Of a DNA stretch of 37,710 nt, positions 33,848 to 37,710 are shown piece after piece (the first letter of the stretch is position 1; the number at the start of each line of letters is the position of its first letter). The position numbers and the translations under genes are program-made. The notes beneath the pieces were generated by a model. It had not been told where the DNA came from, did no database searches, and saw nothing but the letters and a program-made list of their open reading frames with translations. Source of the stretch: Candidatus Micrarchaeota archaeon (lineage in GTDB: Archaea; Micrarchaeota; Micrarchaeia; Micrarchaeales; CABMGC01); contig JAKAVL010000022.1 of the NCBI GenBank assembly GCA_021817305.1, forward strand, positions 3,365-41,074, in the 5' to 3' direction.

Positions 33848-34243
33848 ATGAGTCAGTTTGGATCGCAGCTGCACGGAAAGTCCGATAGGAAGCTATACGG
33901 CAACGGCAAGCTCAAGAAGAAGAACAGGGACAAGAAAAGGTACGAGATGGGCGGCTACTTTGCCAACACCAGGCTTGGCGAGGAGAACAAGGTAAACAAG
34001 GTGCGTGGAAGGGGCGCATCCACCAAGAACAAGCTCAAATACGCTGCATACGCCAACCTTCTTGTCGGCAAGTCCTACAAGAAGGTGAAGATCAAGTCGA
34101 TACTAGAGTCGAAGGACAACAGGAACTTCGCAAGGCTGAAGATAATGACGAAAGGCACGGTCATAGACACAGACGAGGGCAGGGCCGTGATAACCAACAG
34201 GCCGGGCCGCGAAGGAAGCATAAACGCAAGGCTCGTCAAGTGA
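33848..34243 (+). CDS. rps8e: Ribosomal protein eS8
   Basis: Lys/Arg-rich ~131 aa. HGKSDRKLYGNGKLKKK..., NKVRGRGASTK, and the ...AVITNRPGREGSINARLV ending, typical of archaeal S8e. Confidence 0.85.
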   Translation: MSQFGSQLHGKSDRKLYGNGKLKKKNRDKKRYEMGGYFANTRLGEENKVNKVRGRGASTKNKLKYAAYANLLVGKSYKKVKIKSILESKDNRNFARLKIMTKGTVIDTDEGRAVITNRPGREGSINARLVK

Positions 34244-34247
34244 TAAT

Positions 34248-34622
34248 ATGCCTGCGCGCGTCTATACCTGCGATTCCGCGGACGCGAACGAGCTGAAGAA
34301 GCTCATGGAGTACGACCCATACCTTGACAAGGACCTCAACGAGGGGCAGCTTGCCGGGCTGAAGAACGACGAGATGGCAAACATAATCTTTGCGAGGCAG
34401 GACTATAGCATAAAGGACGGCATATCCATAAACCTCGACACGAAGAAGTACTATCTTTACCTGAGCGCCAGCGACGAATTCCTGGAAAAGGCAGGCAAAA
34501 AGCTCAAATCCTCGATAAAAAGCATAGCCCGCGCAGACAAGGAGACCGAGGACAAGGTAATCGGAATAGTCGAGGGCGAAAGGTCGCAGAGCGAGCAGGG
34601 CCTCGGCGCGATATTCGGCTGA
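34248..34622 (+). CDS. Hypothetical 124-aa protein with a ribosomal P-stalk-like C-terminal tail (…SEQGLGAIFG)
   Basis: ORF 4 nt after rps8e. The N-terminal ~100 aa are unlike aP1. The last residues match the archaeal stalk tail consensus GL[GS][AS]LFG. Confidence 0.6.
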   Translation: MPARVYTCDSADANELKKLMEYDPYLDKDLNEGQLAGLKNDEMANIIFARQDYSIKDGISINLDTKKYYLYLSASDEFLEKAGKKLKSSIKSIARADKETEDKVIGIVEGERSQSEQGLGAIFG

Positions 34623-34638
34623 AGCCGCAGGTGTGCAA

Positions 34639-35055
34639 ATGGACTTCGAGGAGATAACCGGAAAAGTAAGGGAGCTAAACCTAATCTCTGGAAAGTATGC
34701 ACTTTTCGGTTCTGTTCCCATGACCGCCCACGGAATACGCGAATGCAAGGACATAGACGTGATACTCACACCTGACCTGTACGAAAAATTCAGAAGATCG
34801 GGGGAATGGAGGGAGGAAACCCTGCCCGACGGCGACAAAAAGCTGGTGAAGGAGCCGTTTGACCTCATGAAGACCTGGTGGTCATCAGATTCCTATCACC
34901 GCGATGTTTCAACGCTCATCGCGGAGGCAGACCTGATGAATGGGATACCTGTGGTAAGGCTTGAGGAAGTACTCGCCTGGAAAAAGGCATTCGCACGGGA
35001 GAAGGATCTGAGTGATGTCAAGCTGATTGAGGAGTTCCTGAGCACGCGGAAGTAG
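34639..35055 (+). CDS. Minimal nucleotidyltransferase-fold (Pol-beta superfamily) protein
   Basis: FGSVPMTAHGIRECKDIDVIL, i.e. G-S-x11-D-x-D. About 138 aa. An alternative GTG start lies at 34633. Confidence 0.6.
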   Translation: MDFEEITGKVRELNLISGKYALFGSVPMTAHGIRECKDIDVILTPDLYEKFRRSGEWREETLPDGDKKLVKEPFDLMKTWWSSDSYHRDVSTLIAEADLMNGIPVVRLEEVLAWKKAFAREKDLSDVKLIEEFLSTRK

Positions 35056-35092
35056 AGAGAATCTACTTAAACCTTTATTCCGATAATAAAAC

Positions 35093-35992
35093 ATGGCGAA
35101 GGTCAGGAGCCTAACGAGCATAAACGACTTGTCGAAAAGAGACGTCGAAGACATACTCGGCGTGGCAAAGCAAATTGACGAGGGCAAGGCGAAAACGCTG
35201 AAGGGAAGCCCGCTGCTGGCCCTATTTTTCGAGAAGCAGTCGACGCGAACCAGAATGTCGTTCGAGGCCGCGATGCACAGGCTCGGCGGATCATCGATAT
35301 ACCTTGACGCGACAACGACCCAGTTCTCAAGAGGAGAATCCGTCGAGGATACCACAAGAACTCTTAGCCTCTACACCGACATAATCGCGGCAAGGCTGTA
35401 CTCGCATGACAACATTGTGCGCATGGCAAGGAGTACATCTGTGCCTGTGATAAACGCACTGACCGACCTGGAGCATCCGTGCCAGGCACTGAGCGACATC
35501 TATACGATAAAGAAGCTGAAAGGCCTGAGGAATATCAAGGTCGCATTTGTCGGTGACATAGCCGCGAACACTGCCAACTCGCTCATGTTAGCGTGCACGA
35601 AGCTCGGGGTTAAAGTGGCGCTCGTCGGGCCATCTGCAGTGAAGCCGAGCAGGCTTTATCTAAGCAGGGCAAGGAAGCAGGGAAGCGTCGATGTATTCAA
35701 TGACATCAAGAAAGGCCTGAGCGGCGCAGACGTGGTGTACACTGATGTCTTCGTCAGCATGGGCGAGGAAGCGGAAAGGAAGAAGCGCCTGCAGGAGTTC
35801 AAGGGCTACGAGGTCAGCAAAAAGGCGATATCCTACGCAAGGAAGGATGCAATCTTCATGCACTGCCTGCCTGCGCATAGGGGGGTAGAAGTCTCAGCAG
35901 ACGTCATCGACGGAAAGCAATCAGTGGTCTGGGAACAGGCGCGCAACAAGATGATAATCGAGCAGGCGATACTCGCGTGGCTGCTCGGATAG
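35093..35992 (+). CDS. argF: Ornithine carbamoyltransferase
   Basis: STRTR, HPCQ, DVFVSMGEE (DxxxSMG) and FMHCLPAHRG (HCLP). This motif set is OTC-type rather than ATCase-type. Confidence 0.85.
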   Translation: MAKVRSLTSINDLSKRDVEDILGVAKQIDEGKAKTLKGSPLLALFFEKQSTRTRMSFEAAMHRLGGSSIYLDATTTQFSRGESVEDTTRTLSLYTDIIAARLYSHDNIVRMARSTSVPVINALTDLEHPCQALSDIYTIKKLKGLRNIKVAFVGDIAANTANSLMLACTKLGVKVALVGPSAVKPSRLYLSRARKQGSVDVFNDIKKGLSGADVVYTDVFVSMGEEAERKKRLQEFKGYEVSKKAISYARKDAIFMHCLPAHRGVEVSADVIDGKQSVVWEQARNKMIIEQAILAWLLG

Positions 35993-35995
35993 CGT

Positions 35996-37240
35996 TCACT
36001 TCACGACTACCTTGTCTGTTATTTCGACTATACGGTCTATGTTGTAGTTGATAGGGTTCCCGAAGCTCGTATTTATTATGAACCTGCCATGCCTGAGGTC
36101 AAGCCTGCCAGCCTTCCCTATAAGCGCGCCAAGTTCATTTACAACAAGCTTGTCCTTGATGCGCCTCTTCCTGAGCACGCGGCTGCGCAGGAAGCCTGCG
36201 GTGTAAGACACGCCTATGCCTATCACTATCGCAAGCGCGGCGAAATCAACGAACTGGGCGAAGTATATCTGGCCGACTATCCATGCGACTATGGAGTAAA
36301 GGAATACCCAGACTATTATCGAAGAGCCTATGTATATGCCGTACCTGAAGTTGCGGAATAGGTACCTGCCGGACTTGGTGTCAAGCATCCTGCCTATGAG
36401 GTAAAGCACGAGGACGACTGGCAGGAGCAGCAGGAAGCCCTCTATGCCGTATGCCACTGCTATCGGAATGCTGGTGCTGAACTCTGCGGTATAATTGCCG
36501 ATGCCTATCAGGGCTCCCACAACAACGAAAATCATGGACGCGAGGTAGAACACAAAGCTCATCCTGTCTATGCTGAAGCCGAAGCCCCTGAACGACTCTA
36601 GAAGCGAGTTTTCGAAGCCGAAGCCCTTTATGAGCAGGTACAGGCCGATAAGCGCAGCCGGGGCCTCCCAGCCGGCGCCAGCAAGGTAGCTTATGGCGAA
36701 TAGAAGTATGATAAGCGCAGGTATGCCGAATATTATGCGCGCATAGTGGGGCTCCTTGAGTTTCTCAAGCACCGTGAAGTATGCGCTCTCCAGATGCTCC
36801 GCCTGCTTCACCACCACCAACTTTATGCTGTTTACCTTGACCCTGGCCTCTACCAGCGGAAGGACCCTGCTGTCGCTCGCCCCGTCGGTCACGAACACGC
36901 ACGAATCGGCCTTGTACCTGTCGAGCACGAGCTCAAGCTGGCGCACCAGCTCGCGGTCTGCCTCGTAGCCCTCTGTCTCCGTGCCCGTTATGAGCGCGAC
37001 GTTGGCTATGTACCCGTTCTTCCTCAGTTCATCATGCATCTTGACTGCCTGGAACATGGCATTCGAATCCGTATCCTCAGGGTCGGCGAGCGCAAGCTGC
37101 GCCGCGCCGCTGAGCACCTGCACCCTGCCGGTCAGCGGCCCGCTTATCCGGGTCTTCCGGTAAAGATCGTTGTCAATGTCGGCTACGAGCACAAGTACGC
37201 GCTCCTCCTTCTTCACCGAGCCTCTCCTTCTCCGCGCCAT
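35996..37240 (-). CDS. DUF373-family archaeal membrane protein
   Basis: N-terminal soluble domain VLVLVADIDNDL...LALADPEDTDSNAMF followed by multiple TM helices and a C-terminal soluble domain. Confidence 0.75.
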   Translation of the reverse strand: MARRRRGSVKKEERVLVLVADIDNDLYRKTRISGPLTGRVQVLSGAAQLALADPEDTDSNAMFQAVKMHDELRKNGYIANVALITGTETEGYEADRELVRQLELVLDRYKADSCVFVTDGASDSRVLPLVEARVKVNSIKLVVVKQAEHLESAYFTVLEKLKEPHYARIIFGIPALIILLFAISYLAGAGWEAPAALIGLYLLIKGFGFENSLLESFRGFGFSIDRMSFVFYLASMIFVVVGALIGIGNYTAEFSTSIPIAVAYGIEGFLLLLPVVLVLYLIGRMLDTKSGRYLFRNFRYGIYIGSSIIVWVFLYSIVAWIVGQIYFAQFVDFAALAIVIGIGVSYTAGFLRSRVLRKRRIKDKLVVNELGALIGKAGRLDLRHGRFIINTSFGNPINYNIDRIVEITDKVVVK

Positions 37241-37307
37241 ATGACCATTAATATATGGGCAAGAAAAAGCTTAAATGTGTTGGTTGCGATTAGGTATGCG
37301 CCGAAAT

Positions 37308-37431
37308 GCCAGGGTGGCAGAATCTGGTAACGCGCTGGTCTTGAGTTTTCAAAACCGCAAGAGCTGATTTGTGATGCGACAAGCGAACCAGTGCCCTTCG
37401 GGGCTTTAGGGTTCAAATCCCTACCCTGGCG
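37308..37431 (+). tRNA. tRNA-Ser (anticodon UGA) with a 40-nt intron at the canonical 37/38 position
   Basis: Acceptor GCCAGGG/CCCTGGC, anticodon stem CTGGT/ACCAG, loop CTTGAG|intron|A, long variable arm GCCC-TTCG-GGGC, T-arm TAGGG-TTCAAAT-CCCTA. The D-stem is weak. Confidence 0.82.
37346..37385 (+). other. tRNA-Ser intron
   Basis: It interrupts the anticodon loop after position 37. The intron segment CAAGA (37358-37362) can pair with TCTTG of the anticodon region. BHB geometry was not verified. Confidence 0.6.
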
Positions 37432-37644
37432 AACTATAAATCGTTCAAATCCAGACGTCGTCCTTATAAAGAACGAAAGTCCCTACCTGTTCATGCCTCA
37501 AAGCGTGTTCTCACTTGCCTGCACCTACCATAAACGCAGTAGTTTTCCCGTCCACTGATGTGTTGACCTATTAATTAAAATACGCTTCTTCTCCCAAGTT
37601 GGGGAGTAAAATAGATGTAGTTCCAATGGATTTTGGAGATTAAT

Positions 37645-37710
37645 ATGGAACCCACACCTCCGTCGGATACTATAATGACCGTATACTCTTATAAGGGTTA
37701 TCGGATCTTA
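37645..37710 (+). CDS. Possible start of an ORF running off the window (MEPTPPSDTIMTVYSYKGYRIL...)
   Basis: ATG preceded by ggag. Only 22 codons are visible, in an AT-rich region. Confidence 0.2.
   Translation, partial: MEPTPPSDTIMTVYSYKGYRIL

Overview
Archaeal chromosomal window. Evidence for archaeal origin: archaeal-type r-proteins, PriS, Pth2, prefoldin beta, KEOPS subunits, aSUI1, and TATA boxes about 20-30 nt ahead of start codons, which suggests mostly leaderless or short-leader mRNAs. The lineage cannot be fixed from sequence alone. The AMEYLTTYGW-type pilin signal, the unlinked 23S gene and the fragmented r-protein operon would fit a DPANN/Micrarchaeota-like or Thermoplasmata-like genome.

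Content by position:
- 1-1.9 kb: the 5' ~1.9 kb of a 23S rRNA gene (minus strand), with no 16S upstream.
- Three tRNAs: Arg-CCG, Lys-UUU, and Ser-UGA carrying a 40-nt intron.
- 2.3-8.6 kb: housekeeping genes (S66 peptidase, DHH phosphoesterase, prefoldin beta, Pth2, PriS).
- 8.7-15.3 kb: r-protein cluster eL15-Pcc1-uL3-uL4-uL23-uL2-uS19-uL22-uS3, then an antisense NUDIX gene, then uL29-aSUI1.
- 16.0-25.6 kb: a glycan-biosynthesis region (NPP-family enzyme, phosphohexomutase, epimerase, GT4, sugar-1-P nucleotidyltransferase). It ends in a tight minus-strand operon: RHH regulator, unknown 100-aa ORF, CysD, CysN-like GTPase, UDP-sulfoquinovose synthase.
- 25.8-27.5 kb: thrS.
- 27.5-30.4 kb: an accessory-looking stretch with an AAA/DUF4143 ATPase and a pilin-signal glycine-rich surface-protein gene that is out of frame at two simple-sequence tracts.
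- 30.5-37.2 kb: XPF, DUF47, a PiT-like permease, Cgi121, eS8, a small protein whose C-terminus resembles the ribosomal P-stalk tail, a minimal nucleotidyltransferase, argF and DUF373.

Most interesting observations:
1. A sulfate-activation plus sulfoquinovose operon with no sulfite-forming enzyme, whose CysD homologue carries a CC...CxxC set like Fe-S APS reductases.
2. Three frame disruptions at short G-runs or a (CA)5 repeat, all in surface or glycan genes. These are either contingency loci or sequencing error.
3. The stalk-tail mimic encoded after rps8e.

No CRISPR array or transposase was seen. All homology calls come from motif recognition by eye and need database confirmation.
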